Notes: generated from the letters alone by a model not told the origin. 64,000 nt of DNA from Desulfomonilaceae bacterium (GCA_963675835.2 CAXXIU010000005.1:481402-545401); one strand, 5' to 3'. Numbered from the stretch's first letter, positions 40,538 through 50,392 are shown. A program made the numbers and translations.

Positions 40538-41581
40538 ATGACCTACGGGACCTATCTAGGCGCAGTAAAGCGCTTCCTGGAGGATAACTGGGATCAATTC
40601 GCCCATCTGTTGCATGAGTGCGTTTCCACTGACGGTGAATCCGTCTCACATATCGACATTGTGGCGGAGAAGCACGGCAGTGAGTACCATCCCGCTCGGG
40701 TAATGGCCGAGGGTACGGACTGGACTGCTTCGTTTGTCGTGAACGTGGCCATCAACGACAGAGGCAAGAACCGGTTAACAAAGGATTTTCAGCTACTGCG
40801 GGAACTCGGCTCACGGTTTCCCCGGACTTTCGTGCCCGCTGCCTATTTCACCGGTGATGTTTCCGTTCCGGGAGACGATGATTCGCCGGTCGACCTCTCC
40901 ATGTTCGTGGGCGAATGGCTCGAAGGATTCTATGAGTTTCACCTTTCCCGTAATGAAGCGAACGGGTCTTTGGCTACCGTCGTGTGGGACACGGATCTCG
41001 GATATGAGATTTTGCCCATCGGCGAAAGTGAGTCCCTGTACAAGCAAGCTGCCTTTATACTCACATATTATTACGACCCGAACAGATTCAGGGAAGTCTT
41101 CCCGTGGCATCACGCGGCGGGAGACTTCGTTGTTTCCCGGCTCAACGGCGGGCTTCGAGTCAAACTGATCACTGCGCGACAGTATGCCCCCCGCCTGATA
41201 ATTGAACAGGCCCCCTTGGAGAATCGGTTACAGGCTCTCATGCTTTTCATAGCCAACCTGACGGTCAGAATGAGGCTCGACAGATTGGACGGAGTGGGGG
41301 AAATCGCGTGGGCGAACGACCATTGCGTCAACGCGACCATCCTGGGAACTTTGGACGGACTAAAGGCGAAGATTCATGACGAGATGTGCGAACCGGGTTT
41401 GCTTGACGCGTTTCTTGCCGCCGCGCCCCGTATGTCCCCGGACGATGTGACCCGCCTCATGATGGAGGTCGTCGAATGCTATGACGAAGATGCGCCCGAC
41501 ATGCCAGTCATACGCAGGCATTTGGCGGATCACACTCTGGTGGTTTACCGTAATTTCCAGAATCTTTCATCCAGTCCGTAA
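40538..41581 (+). CDS. hypothetical protein (possibly a kinase-like fold), probably co-transcribed with the DsrN-like genes
   Basis: 347 aa, ending 10 nt before the next start. The segment FPWHHAAGDFVV ... RLDRLDG is vaguely reminiscent of APH/choline-kinase catalytic and DFG-like loops. This is a weak impression only. Confidence 0.55.
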   Translation: MTYGTYLGAVKRFLEDNWDQFAHLLHECVSTDGESVSHIDIVAEKHGSEYHPARVMAEGTDWTASFVVNVAINDRGKNRLTKDFQLLRELGSRFPRTFVPAAYFTGDVSVPGDDDSPVDLSMFVGEWLEGFYEFHLSRNEANGSLATVVWDTDLGYEILPIGESESLYKQAAFILTYYYDPNRFREVFPWHHAAGDFVVSRLNGGLRVKLITARQYAPRLIIEQAPLENRLQALMLFIANLTVRMRLDRLDGVGEIAWANDHCVNATILGTLDGLKAKIHDEMCEPGLLDAFLAAAPRMSPDDVTRLMMEVVECYDEDAPDMPVIRRHLADHTLVVYRNFQNLSSSP

Positions 41582-41591
41582 GCAGGAACCC

Positions 41592-43043
41592 ATGCCGTCC
41601 CGCGCTCCTTTGAAATTGTCCCCCCCCCGAGTCATTACCGCCGCACTCAGCGGTGGGGCCGGAAAAACATTAATCACTGTGGGGCTTATTGCATCACTGA
41701 AGCGTCGAGGAATGCTCGTTGGGGCCTTCAAGAAAGGTCCCGACTACATTGATGCAGGCTGGCTCGGTCTGGCGTCCCGGGAGGTCTGCTACAATCTTGA
41801 TACCTATCTGTTCCCCCAAGATGTGGTGACGACGTCCTTTGTCCGACGATCCCTGGGAAAGCAGATCTCCGTCGTGGAAGGGAACCGCGGGCTCTTTGAC
41901 GGAGTAGACAAAGAAGGCGCATACAGCACTGCTGAATTGGCCAAGCTTCTGAAAGCGCCGGTAGTTCTTATTGTGGATGCCACGAAAATGACCCGCACCG
42001 CAGCGGCACTCGTCCTGGGTTGCCGACAATTCGATAAGGACCTGAACGTTGGAGCGGTAATTCTGAATCGTGTGGCGGGACATCGGCACGAACAGATTCT
42101 CCGCCGCTCCATTGAAGAAGCCGTATCGGTACCGGTGATCGGATCGGTGAGAAAACTAGCGCTCCGGAACTTTCCCCAGAGGCACCTGGGACTGCTCCCC
42201 TTGCATGAGCACCCCGGAGCCCTTGAATTCATTGACGACGCTGCGAATATCGTTGAAGAATCCATCGATGTGGAGAGTCTGATAGCACTCGCGTCACGAG
42301 CCAAGGCGTTGGAGTCGTTCAGGACACATCCCGTGGAACACCTCGAAGCCGACTCGACTAAGCCCTCGGTAAGAATTGGCGTCGTGAGGGATTCGGCGTT
42401 CCAATTCTACTACCCGGAGAATCTCGAGGCTCTCTCCGAGGCCGGTGCCGAACTGGTAGAGGTAAGCGCTCTGGCAGAGGAACCACTGCCTCGCCTTGAC
42501 GCTCTCTACATAGGGGGAGGTTTTCCGGAAACCCATGCGGACAGGTTGGCCGGGAATCGGATCTTTAAGCAATCCGTGCTTGACGAGATAAAAGGCGGTC
42601 TTCCGGTCTATGCGGAGTGTGGAGGACTCATGTACCTGTCCAGGAGGCTCCTCATCGATGGGACCGCCTATCCAATGGTAGGGGCGTTTACCATGGATAC
42701 AATCCTCGAACGAAGACCGCAGGGGCTGGGTTACATCCATGTTGAAGTGACGGCTCCCAATCCATTCTATCCGTGCGGCGCGAAACTGACGGGGCATGAG
42801 TTTCATTACTCATCGGTTCGGGTACCGGACAACTCCTCGGCGTCCTGTGCGTTCCGGGTGTTGAGGGGTCATGGAATTGACGGCAACAGGGACGGTGTAT
42901 GTTATCTTAACGCTTTTGGTACGTACGTGCATGTTCACGCGCTCGGGGAGCCCCTCTGGGCCAAAGGAATGATAAACGCGGCACTGGAGTATCACTCAAC
43001 CCGAAGCAACCGGGCGGCCGCCATGCAAGGAAGGTTCGGGTAA
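41592..43043 (+). CDS. cobyrinate a,c-diamide synthase family amidase (CbiA/DsrN-like), copy 1
   Basis: ALSGGAGKTLITVGL..FKKGPDYIDAGWL, and a C-terminal glutamine amidotransferase domain, PVYAECGGLMYL...GHEFHYS. Confidence 0.9.
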   Translation: MPSRAPLKLSPPRVITAALSGGAGKTLITVGLIASLKRRGMLVGAFKKGPDYIDAGWLGLASREVCYNLDTYLFPQDVVTTSFVRRSLGKQISVVEGNRGLFDGVDKEGAYSTAELAKLLKAPVVLIVDATKMTRTAAALVLGCRQFDKDLNVGAVILNRVAGHRHEQILRRSIEEAVSVPVIGSVRKLALRNFPQRHLGLLPLHEHPGALEFIDDAANIVEESIDVESLIALASRAKALESFRTHPVEHLEADSTKPSVRIGVVRDSAFQFYYPENLEALSEAGAELVEVSALAEEPLPRLDALYIGGGFPETHADRLAGNRIFKQSVLDEIKGGLPVYAECGGLMYLSRRLLIDGTAYPMVGAFTMDTILERRPQGLGYIHVEVTAPNPFYPCGAKLTGHEFHYSSVRVPDNSSASCAFRVLRGHGIDGNRDGVCYLNAFGTYVHVHALGEPLWAKGMINAALEYHSTRSNRAAAMQGRFG

Positions 43044-43138
43044 GACGAATCCAACTTGTCTCGGCGTATAGCCGACCAGCCGGGAGTTTCCGACCATCCT
43101 CAAACTTTGGTATCGTAGACAAGGCGGTAGTCGATCAC

Positions 43139-44593
43139 ATGTCAGAAATTCTTCCCATTCCACGAGCAGTCATTGCAGCCCTGAAAGGCGGGGCGGGCAA
43201 GACATTCATCACAGTGGGTCTCGTAGCGGCCCTCAAGGCCCGAGGCCTATCCATCGGGGTTTTCAAGAAAGGGCCCGATTACATTGATGCGGGCTGGTTA
43301 GGACTGTCTGCCGGTACCGGTTGCCATAATCTCGACTCGTATCTGTTCAGCGAGGAAATTGTCTACAAGTCGTTCCTACAAAGGTCGATTGGACACGACA
43401 TCGCCATAATCGAGGGAAACCGCGGCCTGTATGACGGCGTCGACTCGCAGGGCGGTTACAGCACCGCAGAACTGGCCAAGCTCGTTAAGGCCCCGGTCGT
43501 TCTCATCGTTGACGCCACGAAGATGACCAGAACCGCTGCCGCTCTCGTGGTAGGATGCAAGGCCCTGGACCCGGCCGTGGAGATCAAGGCGGTTATCCTC
43601 AACCGTGTTGCGGGAACTCGCCACGAAAACGTGCTAAGGGAGTCTATTGAGGAGGCGACTTCAGTACCGGTCATCGGCTCTGTTAGGAAAATGCCCCTGG
43701 AGGACTTTCCTCAGAGACATCTTGGACTGCTTTCCTTGTACGAGCATCCCAAGGCCACGGAATTTGTGGAATCCGCTGCGCGAATTGTCGAAGGATCCAT
43801 CAATCTGGATCGTCTCATCCGGATCGCCTCGTCAGCCGAACATCTTGAAATACCGGATAATATCAACCAACGGTTGCCGGCGCGCCTGGACAGCGGATCC
43901 AGGTTGCGAATCGGCGTATTAAGAGACTCTGCGTTTCAGTTCTATTATCCGGAGAACCTCGAGGCGTTACGGGTCACAGGCGCCGAACTGGTGGAGATCA
44001 GTGCGCTGGAACCGGTTGAACTTCCGGATCTGGACTGCCTGTACATAGGCGGAGGCTTTCCGGAAACCCATAGCGATGTCCTCGCAGACAACGTCGTTTT
44101 CAAGGACTCCTTACGAAAGGCCGTTAAGGCGGGACTCCCGGTCTACGCAGAATGCGGCGGGCTCATGTACCTTTCCAAGAATCTCCTTGTGGACGACAAT
44201 ACGTATCCCATGGTGGGCATCTTTCCCGTTGACACGGTTCTAGAGCGTAGGCCACAGGGTCATGGCTATATACGGGCGGAAGTTACGGCACCCAATCCGT
44301 TTTACCCGTTGGGAACAATAGTGACGGGACACGAGTTCCACTATTCCTATGTCACCGGAATGCACGCCGATACCGCCAGGTATGCGTTCAAGGTCCTGAG
44401 GGGCCACGGAATCGACGGCAAGAAGGACGGTATCTGTACATCCAATGTCTTGGGGACCTACATCCATGTGCATGCGCTCGGGACACCGCTCTGGGCTCAG
44501 GGCCTTCTTGCCGGTGCAGCTGCGTACCACTCGACCCGCACTGTCATAGGTTCCGGCGAAAGCCGAGTCAACGATTTGCAGGTCCTCCCATGA
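43139..44593 (+). CDS. cobyrinate a,c-diamide synthase family amidase (CbiA/DsrN-like), copy 2
   Basis: Same architecture as copy 1: ALKGGAGKTFITVGL..FKKGPDYIDAGWL, PVYAECGGLMYL, GHEFHYS. 43 of 63 aligned N-terminal residues are identical to copy 1. Confidence 0.9.
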   Translation: MSEILPIPRAVIAALKGGAGKTFITVGLVAALKARGLSIGVFKKGPDYIDAGWLGLSAGTGCHNLDSYLFSEEIVYKSFLQRSIGHDIAIIEGNRGLYDGVDSQGGYSTAELAKLVKAPVVLIVDATKMTRTAAALVVGCKALDPAVEIKAVILNRVAGTRHENVLRESIEEATSVPVIGSVRKMPLEDFPQRHLGLLSLYEHPKATEFVESAARIVEGSINLDRLIRIASSAEHLEIPDNINQRLPARLDSGSRLRIGVLRDSAFQFYYPENLEALRVTGAELVEISALEPVELPDLDCLYIGGGFPETHSDVLADNVVFKDSLRKAVKAGLPVYAECGGLMYLSKNLLVDDNTYPMVGIFPVDTVLERRPQGHGYIRAEVTAPNPFYPLGTIVTGHEFHYSYVTGMHADTARYAFKVLRGHGIDGKKDGICTSNVLGTYIHVHALGTPLWAQGLLAGAAAYHSTRTVIGSGESRVNDLQVLP

Positions 44594-44595
44594 AC

Positions 44596-44914
44596 ATTCA
44601 TGGCTTGTACCGACAAGCCACGACGAATCATGAAAGACCTGAGCACTGACGGGCCCTCCGGGGCTTCGCCTCGGAGATGCTCAAGAAGAGCGCACGATGC
44701 GGAATGTTTGGGAGGGAGCACGGAGAGTAGAACTGCCGAGAAGCTTTTCCAGCGCTGTTGTCGAGTCGAATCACCGTGCCTCACACACTGTACGAGATTA
44801 CACGACCTTCCGGCGACAATTGGCCTGCTTCGCAGCCCCCCACCCCCCCCCATCGTGTACCCGACCGGGGTCACATATCGGAGGACTTACATATAGACTA
44901 TCATGGCCATGAAC
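44596..44914. mobile_element. MITE-like structured repeat family R1, copy 1 (about 319 nt)
   Basis: Bracketed by identical CCATGAAC at 44588-44595 and 44907-44914. Its first 18 nt are identical to copy 2. It shares the CTCCG..GGCTTCGCC..CGGAG hairpin and the G-run/C-run arms. Confidence 0.6.
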
Positions 44915-46891
44915 TACCGTGAACAGATAGACCGCATTCTCGGACCCAACGGTATGCTTGCCCGCTCCATGTCGGGATACGAGCATCGCGAGCAACAGGT
45001 CCGTATGGCGGTAGAGGTCTTCGAGGCCCTCGAATCGGGCGACCGACTGGTTATCGAAGCTCCTACGGGGACGGGAAAAACTCTGGCATACCTCATTGCC
45101 GCGTCTCTGAGCAGAAAGAAGACGGCAATCTCCACAGGTACGAAGAATCTTCAGGAACAGTTGTTCTATAAGGATGTACCGTTTGTAAAAGAACATGTGT
45201 TCTCGGATCTAAAGGTCGCACTGCTCAAGGGGAGAGGAAACTTCGTGTGCCACGCCAGATTCCTACGGTACGTCAGACAACCCTCCCTGGCAGGAATTAC
45301 GGAGACGGGAACACTTCAGGAGATCGTGAAGTGGTACCGACGGACAAGGCAGTCCGGAGAGGGCGACCGAGCGGAACTCGAAAATCTACCCGACGATGAT
45401 CCGATCTGGCCGGAAATCTGTTCCACTACCGAAACGTGCGCGGGAAAGAAATGCCCGGACAAGGATGAGTGCTTCGTTTCGAAGATGAGAGCCCGGGCTG
45501 CCGAAGCGGACTTGATGATCGTGAACCATCATCTGCTCACGTCGGACCTTTCGGTGAAGGAATCCGGCTACGGCGAGGTCATACCGCGCTACGAAGCACT
45601 CATTGTCGATGAAGCCCACGGCTTGGAGGACGCTGCCACACAACACTTCGGCTTTCATTTGAGCCATTTTCGGATTGCACGATTCGCGCGGGATACCCGC
45701 TCGGAAATCCAAGAATCAGGTTTGGACGCACAGAAGTTCCACACGGCCCTGGCCGACGTGGAGGATCACGCGCGGCGTCTGTTCTCGCAATTCAGTGATA
45801 TTTCCGGCCTGCGGGAACGATTCGGCCCCATTGACCCAAGTGTTGGGGAATCACGTGATGCGCTGCGCAGGGCATTGGAATCACTGTCTTCGATGCTCTC
45901 CAACGTGCCCGATGCATCCGAGGAGTTACGATTGCTGGCACGCCGTGCTCTTGAGATCGGCTCGGAACTTGGAATCATACTTCGCGACCAATCGGACGAC
46001 CGGGAGGGTGAATATGCCTGTTGGGCGGAGCGCCGCGAGCGTACCGTGATTCTCCACGCGTCGCCCGTAGAGGTAGGAGAAAAGCTTCGGCAACTACTCT
46101 ATGAAAAGGTCCCGGCAGTCGTGTTCACGTCCGCTACCCTGTCTTCGGGAGGCAACTTCGACTACTTCAAATCCCGGCTTGGCCTTCAGGAAGACGTGGA
46201 ACCTTCTGAAACCATTCTGGATTCTCCGTTTGACTATTCACGGCAAACCATGCTCTACATACCGCGGTCGCTGCCCGAGCCCAATGCTCCCGGGTTCACG
46301 GACTCTCTCGTCCCGGTGCTGGAGCAAGTTCTCTTGAGAACCCGAGGCAGGGCCTTTGTGCTCTTCACTTCGTATCGCAATATGGACACTGTTTTCAGAA
46401 AGATGGAGGGCCGTGTCCCCTTTCCCCTGCTTATCCAGGGGTCTAAGCCCAAGGGGCGACTGCTGGCCGAATTCCGCCGTCGTACCGGCTCCGTCCTTTT
46501 TGCCACCTCGTCGTTTTGGGAAGGGGTCGATGTGCAGGGTGACGCCCTTTCCTGTGTGATGGTGGACCGTCTCCCCTTTGCTCCTCCCAATGATCCGATC
46601 GTCTCGGCCAGACTGGAAAAGCTACGCAAAGAGGGCAAGGAACACTTCTACTCTTTCCAGGTCCCCATGGCCGTGATCGCATTGAAGCAGGGGCTGGGGA
46701 GGCTCATCCGAACGCGCTCGGATCGCGGCATTCTCTGCATACTGGACCTGCGCATTCTCACAAAAAGATACGGGAAAGTGTTTCGAGAGAGTCTATATGG
46801 GAGTCCCCTCCGCAGAGATCCGCAAGATATAGAGTCCTTCTTTTCGACATACCCCGATTCCGCCGGGACGGCCGCCAAGAATCCTGAATAG
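44903..46891 (+). CDS. dinG: DinG/XPD-family ATP-dependent DNA helicase
   Basis: Walker A EAPTGTGKTLAYL, DEAH box VDEAHGLED, FeS-type Cys cluster (CHARF..CSTTETCAGKKCPDKDECF) and C-terminal FATSSFWEGVDV. The start may be 44903 or 44909. Confidence 0.9.
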   Translation: MAMNYREQIDRILGPNGMLARSMSGYEHREQQVRMAVEVFEALESGDRLVIEAPTGTGKTLAYLIAASLSRKKTAISTGTKNLQEQLFYKDVPFVKEHVFSDLKVALLKGRGNFVCHARFLRYVRQPSLAGITETGTLQEIVKWYRRTRQSGEGDRAELENLPDDDPIWPEICSTTETCAGKKCPDKDECFVSKMRARAAEADLMIVNHHLLTSDLSVKESGYGEVIPRYEALIVDEAHGLEDAATQHFGFHLSHFRIARFARDTRSEIQESGLDAQKFHTALADVEDHARRLFSQFSDISGLRERFGPIDPSVGESRDALRRALESLSSMLSNVPDASEELRLLARRALEIGSELGIILRDQSDDREGEYACWAERRERTVILHASPVEVGEKLRQLLYEKVPAVVFTSATLSSGGNFDYFKSRLGLQEDVEPSETILDSPFDYSRQTMLYIPRSLPEPNAPGFTDSLVPVLEQVLLRTRGRAFVLFTSYRNMDTVFRKMEGRVPFPLLIQGSKPKGRLLAEFRRRTGSVLFATSSFWEGVDVQGDALSCVMVDRLPFAPPNDPIVSARLEKLRKEGKEHFYSFQVPMAVIALKQGLGRLIRTRSDRGILCILDLRILTKRYGKVFRESLYGSPLRRDPQDIESFFSTYPDSAGTAAKNPE

Positions 46892-47035
46892 CAGAGTCGG
46901 CTTGCCTAACAACTCCATATGAGCTAAACCTTTTCAGGGCTGGAAGTCCGGCCTGAGGTAGGGTGCCGACGCCATGCAAACCTGCAATTGCGAGGCATTC
47001 GGAGTCTTCGTGAGGAATCATGGAAACCACTTGAA

Positions 47036-48244
47036 ATGATTGACAAAGAAGACCAGGCCGACAAAACGAAAACTGCCGGCGACCCGCTGGGCGAATCCTC
47101 GGAGGCCCCGGGGAAAAGCTATTCCGTCCGTGAGGAAGACCGGCATTTCGATGAGGTCCGCATATACGTCTCCGGGATCGTATCCATTGATAATGCGGAA
47201 TACCTGCGCCGTGATCTCGATCATGTCATAAAGTCGCAACCCATGAAGAATGTCTTGATCGACCTGGGCAGCGTGGAGTACTTCGACAGCTCGGGTGCGG
47301 CAATTCTGCTGGACATGTTCCGAACAACCGATGAACTCCACACGAGCCTGAAACTTATAAACGTTCCTGAGAGGATACAGAGTATCCGCGATCTCATGGA
47401 ACTTGACCGCGACATTGAGGCAGGAATTCTGCAACCGCGGCCGGAACCTAACCTGCTCATTCAGATCGGGGAAGGCGTCGTCCAATTGCACCGCAACGCC
47501 GTTGACATATTAACCTTCATCGGGGCCGCAGTTGAAGCTCTGACTCACGATATTGCGAGGCCGGGAGAACTCAAATGGGACCGGTTGTGGAAGCTGATAG
47601 ACAAAGCAGGCTCCGATGCAGTTCCAATCGTCACCATGCTCAGCTTCTTGATGGGGTGTATTCTGGCGTTTCAGGCTGCCTTGCAACTCCGTAAATTCGG
47701 GGCCAACATTTTTGTGGCCGACCTGGTCAGCGTATCGATCTGCCTGGAAATGGGGCCACTCCTGACGGGTCTCATAGTAGCGGGCCGTTCCGGAGCCGCA
47801 TATGCCGCTCACATCGGTACCATGCAGGTCAACGAGGAAGTGGATGCCCTCAGAGTGATGGGAATCGATCCCATCCGGTACCTGGTTTCGCCTCGAATTC
47901 TTGCAGTGGCCTTTGCACTCCCGTGTCTGACCCTGATGGCCGACCTGGCAGGAGTGGTGGGCGGCTGCCTCGTCGCAGCCTTCTCCCTGGATATTACGCC
48001 TACGGGATATTTCAATCAGGTGCACAAGGTGCTCGAATTCTCGGATGTCGTGAAAGGTCTCACAAAGAGTTTTGTTTTTGGGATTGAAATCGCAATGATC
48101 GGGTGCTTACGTGGAATCCAGGTGAAAGGGGGGGCGGAAGGCGTCGGATCCGCTACAACGTCCTCGGTCGTCACGTGTATCTTCATCCTCACCGTGACGG
48201 ATGCGGTGTTCGCAGTGCTGTTCTACTACGGCCCTTCCTTCTGA
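47036..48244 (+). CDS. STAS domain fused to an MlaE-type ABC transporter permease
   Basis: The N-terminus VRIYVSGIVSIDNAEYLRRDL...LIDLGSVEYFDSSGAAILLDM is STAS-like. It is followed by the MlaE-like core EMGPLLTGLIVAGRSGAAYAAHIGTMQVNEEVDALRVMGIDP. Confidence 0.85.
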   Translation: MIDKEDQADKTKTAGDPLGESSEAPGKSYSVREEDRHFDEVRIYVSGIVSIDNAEYLRRDLDHVIKSQPMKNVLIDLGSVEYFDSSGAAILLDMFRTTDELHTSLKLINVPERIQSIRDLMELDRDIEAGILQPRPEPNLLIQIGEGVVQLHRNAVDILTFIGAAVEALTHDIARPGELKWDRLWKLIDKAGSDAVPIVTMLSFLMGCILAFQAALQLRKFGANIFVADLVSVSICLEMGPLLTGLIVAGRSGAAYAAHIGTMQVNEEVDALRVMGIDPIRYLVSPRILAVAFALPCLTLMADLAGVVGGCLVAAFSLDITPTGYFNQVHKVLEFSDVVKGLTKSFVFGIEIAMIGCLRGIQVKGGAEGVGSATTSSVVTCIFILTVTDAVFAVLFYYGPSF

Positions 48245-48269
48245 CGGGCCATGGAAAGTTCGGAAAGCA

Positions 48270-49109
48270 ATGGGCGAGGATTCACAATCGAACAATACCC
48301 AGGGCTCACCGATGATATCGGTACGGAATCTCACCGTGGGGTATGGCACCACGACCGTAATCCGGGACGTCTCCTTCGATGTTCGTCCGGGTGAGATACT
48401 CGCCATATTGGGGCGTTCGGGCTGCGGCAAGAGTACGCTCTTCAAGGCCATGGTCGGGCTTATCGAGCCATTCGGCGGGGAAGTTTACATAGACGGTGAA
48501 AAGGTATTGCCGGTACTGGGCGGCACTTCGGAGAAGCTTCTGAGAAAGATCGGCGTGCTCTTCCAGTCCGGAGCTTTGTTCAGTTCCATGACCTTGGCGG
48601 AGAACGTGGCTCTTCCCCTGAGGCTGTTCACCACCCTCGCGGAGCGGATCATTGAACGATTGGTCCTGTTCAAGCTTGCCGAAGTCGGATTGGTCGGGAA
48701 AGAACGTTTGCTTCCCTCCGAGCTGAGCGGAGGAATGCAGAAGCGAGCGGCCTTGGCAAGAGCGATGGCTCTGGATCCCAAAATTCTCTTCTTCGACGAG
48801 CCGTCGGCCGGGCTGGATCCGGTGACCAGTGCGGAGATCGATCAGACGATTCTCAAGATCAATTCTTCGCTGGGGACGACCATCGTAATCGTTACCCATG
48901 AATTGCAGAGCATCCTCACTGTTGCAGACAGGGCCATTATGTTGGATAAAGATGAGCAGAACATCGTTGCCCAAGGTCGGCCATGGGAGATGAAAGAGAA
49001 CCCACGGGATCCGCGCGTAGCGGATTTCTTCAATCGTTCACCGGCACTTAATGGAAGAGCCGTGAAGGGCCGAGGAGAGGGAGATGTCAAGCCAGGAACA
49101 GAAATTTAA
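48270..49109 (+). CDS. ABC transporter ATP-binding protein (MlaF-like)
   Basis: Walker A GRSGCGKST, signature LSGGMQKRAALARA and Walker B ILFFDEPSAGLD. Confidence 0.9.
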   Translation: MGEDSQSNNTQGSPMISVRNLTVGYGTTTVIRDVSFDVRPGEILAILGRSGCGKSTLFKAMVGLIEPFGGEVYIDGEKVLPVLGGTSEKLLRKIGVLFQSGALFSSMTLAENVALPLRLFTTLAERIIERLVLFKLAEVGLVGKERLLPSELSGGMQKRAALARAMALDPKILFFDEPSAGLDPVTSAEIDQTILKINSSLGTTIVIVTHELQSILTVADRAIMLDKDEQNIVAQGRPWEMKENPRDPRVADFFNRSPALNGRAVKGRGEGDVKPGTEI

Positions 49110-49959
49110 GATAGGTCTATTCGTGCTGGTAAGTCTGTCGCTGGCAATTGGCATTACTATCTGGTTGGGAGCCTCCCGTTACTTGGAGGTTTCCCAGACG
49201 GCGGTGGCCTATTTCATCGAGAGCGTGCAAGGCCTTGAGGCCGACAGTCCCGTCAAGTTCAGGGGGGTGCCCGTGGGGAGAATCAAAAGCATCCGTTTGG
49301 CGCCTGATGGGAAGTTGATCGAGGTAGTACTGAGCCTGAATAAAAATTTCGATATCAGGGAGGGGTTGGGAATAAAGATCAACCTTCTCGGATTGACGGG
49401 TCTGAAGTACCTCGAAATTGATACCTTTAAACCCGAACAGATAAGAGAGCCCATCAAGCTTTCCTTCAAGCCCGACTATCCGGTGATCCCGACCTACCCG
49501 TCGGACATTCGGGAAATCGGCACTGCTCTGGAAAAAGTCTTTCAAAAAGTGCAGAACGTCGATGTGGCAAACATCTCCTACCACCTCCTCCGGGTCACCG
49601 CGAAACTGGACAAGATTCTGTCGGATCCCGGTCTTGATAATATCGGGGCGGATCTTGCGATTGCCGTTTCAGAAATGAAGGACACCGCAAGAAAGTTAAA
49701 CCAAGAAATCACACGTGTACAACGGTCCAAAGCCATAACTCGCAACTTGGACAAGACTTCGGATCTATTGGCCGAAAGCACGGAGACCGTGAGAAGCGCG
49801 AACAAACTGATCAGCAGAACAGATAACAATATAAACCGATTGAGCCGAAAGCTCGATGTCAGCGCGGAGAATCTCGTCGACCTCACCAGGCAATGGAAGA
49901 AGAATCCCTTTAAAGCCTTCTTCTGGGGCAGTGAAACGGAGAAAAAACGTAGAGAGTAA
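49084..49959 (+). CDS. MlaD/MCE-domain substrate-binding protein
   Basis: N-terminal TM anchor KIGLFVLVSLSLAIGITIWLG, then the MCE core SPVKFRGVPVGRIKSIRL, followed by a coiled-coil tail. Confidence 0.85.
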   Translation: MSSQEQKFKIGLFVLVSLSLAIGITIWLGASRYLEVSQTAVAYFIESVQGLEADSPVKFRGVPVGRIKSIRLAPDGKLIEVVLSLNKNFDIREGLGIKINLLGLTGLKYLEIDTFKPEQIREPIKLSFKPDYPVIPTYPSDIREIGTALEKVFQKVQNVDVANISYHLLRVTAKLDKILSDPGLDNIGADLAIAVSEMKDTARKLNQEITRVQRSKAITRNLDKTSDLLAESTETVRSANKLISRTDNNINRLSRKLDVSAENLVDLTRQWKKNPFKAFFWGSETEKKRRE

Positions 49960-50084
49960 TAGTTCCCCTTTGTGATTCCAAGCGGTTGCGCCTGCCCCGG
50001 TGAACTGTTACCGTTGAGATCGTTTGCATTCATTCAAGTGGGGCTCGCAATGGGACGAACGAACGGCAAGCGATACGTATGAAC

Positions 50085-50392
50085 ATTCATGGCTTGGAGC
50101 AGCTGACAAGCCACAACGAATTATGAAAGTCCTCGGCACTGTAGGGCACTCCGGCGGCTTCGCCTCGGAGATTGGGTAGCAAGAGCGCACCGTGCGCAAT
50201 CATTGGGGGGGCTGCGGAGCAGCGTAAGTGTCGCCGAAAGGTCGAATCACTTCGCACTGCGTCTGAGGCACCGAGATTCGCTTCGGCAATAAGGTTTGAG
50301 ATGTCTCTCGGGAATTCAATCGCTGACTTCCCCCCAAGCCCCCCCATCGAGTACCAGACCGTGGTCGCTTGTCGGAGGTCTTTCATATGAAC
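50085..50392. mobile_element. MITE-like structured repeat family R1, copy 2 (about 308 nt)
   Basis: Bracketed by identical TATGAAC at 50078-50084 and 50386-50392. Hairpin GCGCAC-c-GTGCGC at 50185-50197. The G7 run at 50205-50211 can pair with the C7 run at 50339-50345. Confidence 0.6.

Noticed and set aside
44600-44896. ORFs of about 100 aa running through the R1 repeat copies (for example 44600-44896 on the plus strand and 50087-50386 on the minus strand)
   Set aside because: The copies differ by indels that break any common reading frame. The translations are low-complexity (poly-Pro/Gly from the C/G runs). The similarity between copies is at the nucleotide and structure level, not the protein level.
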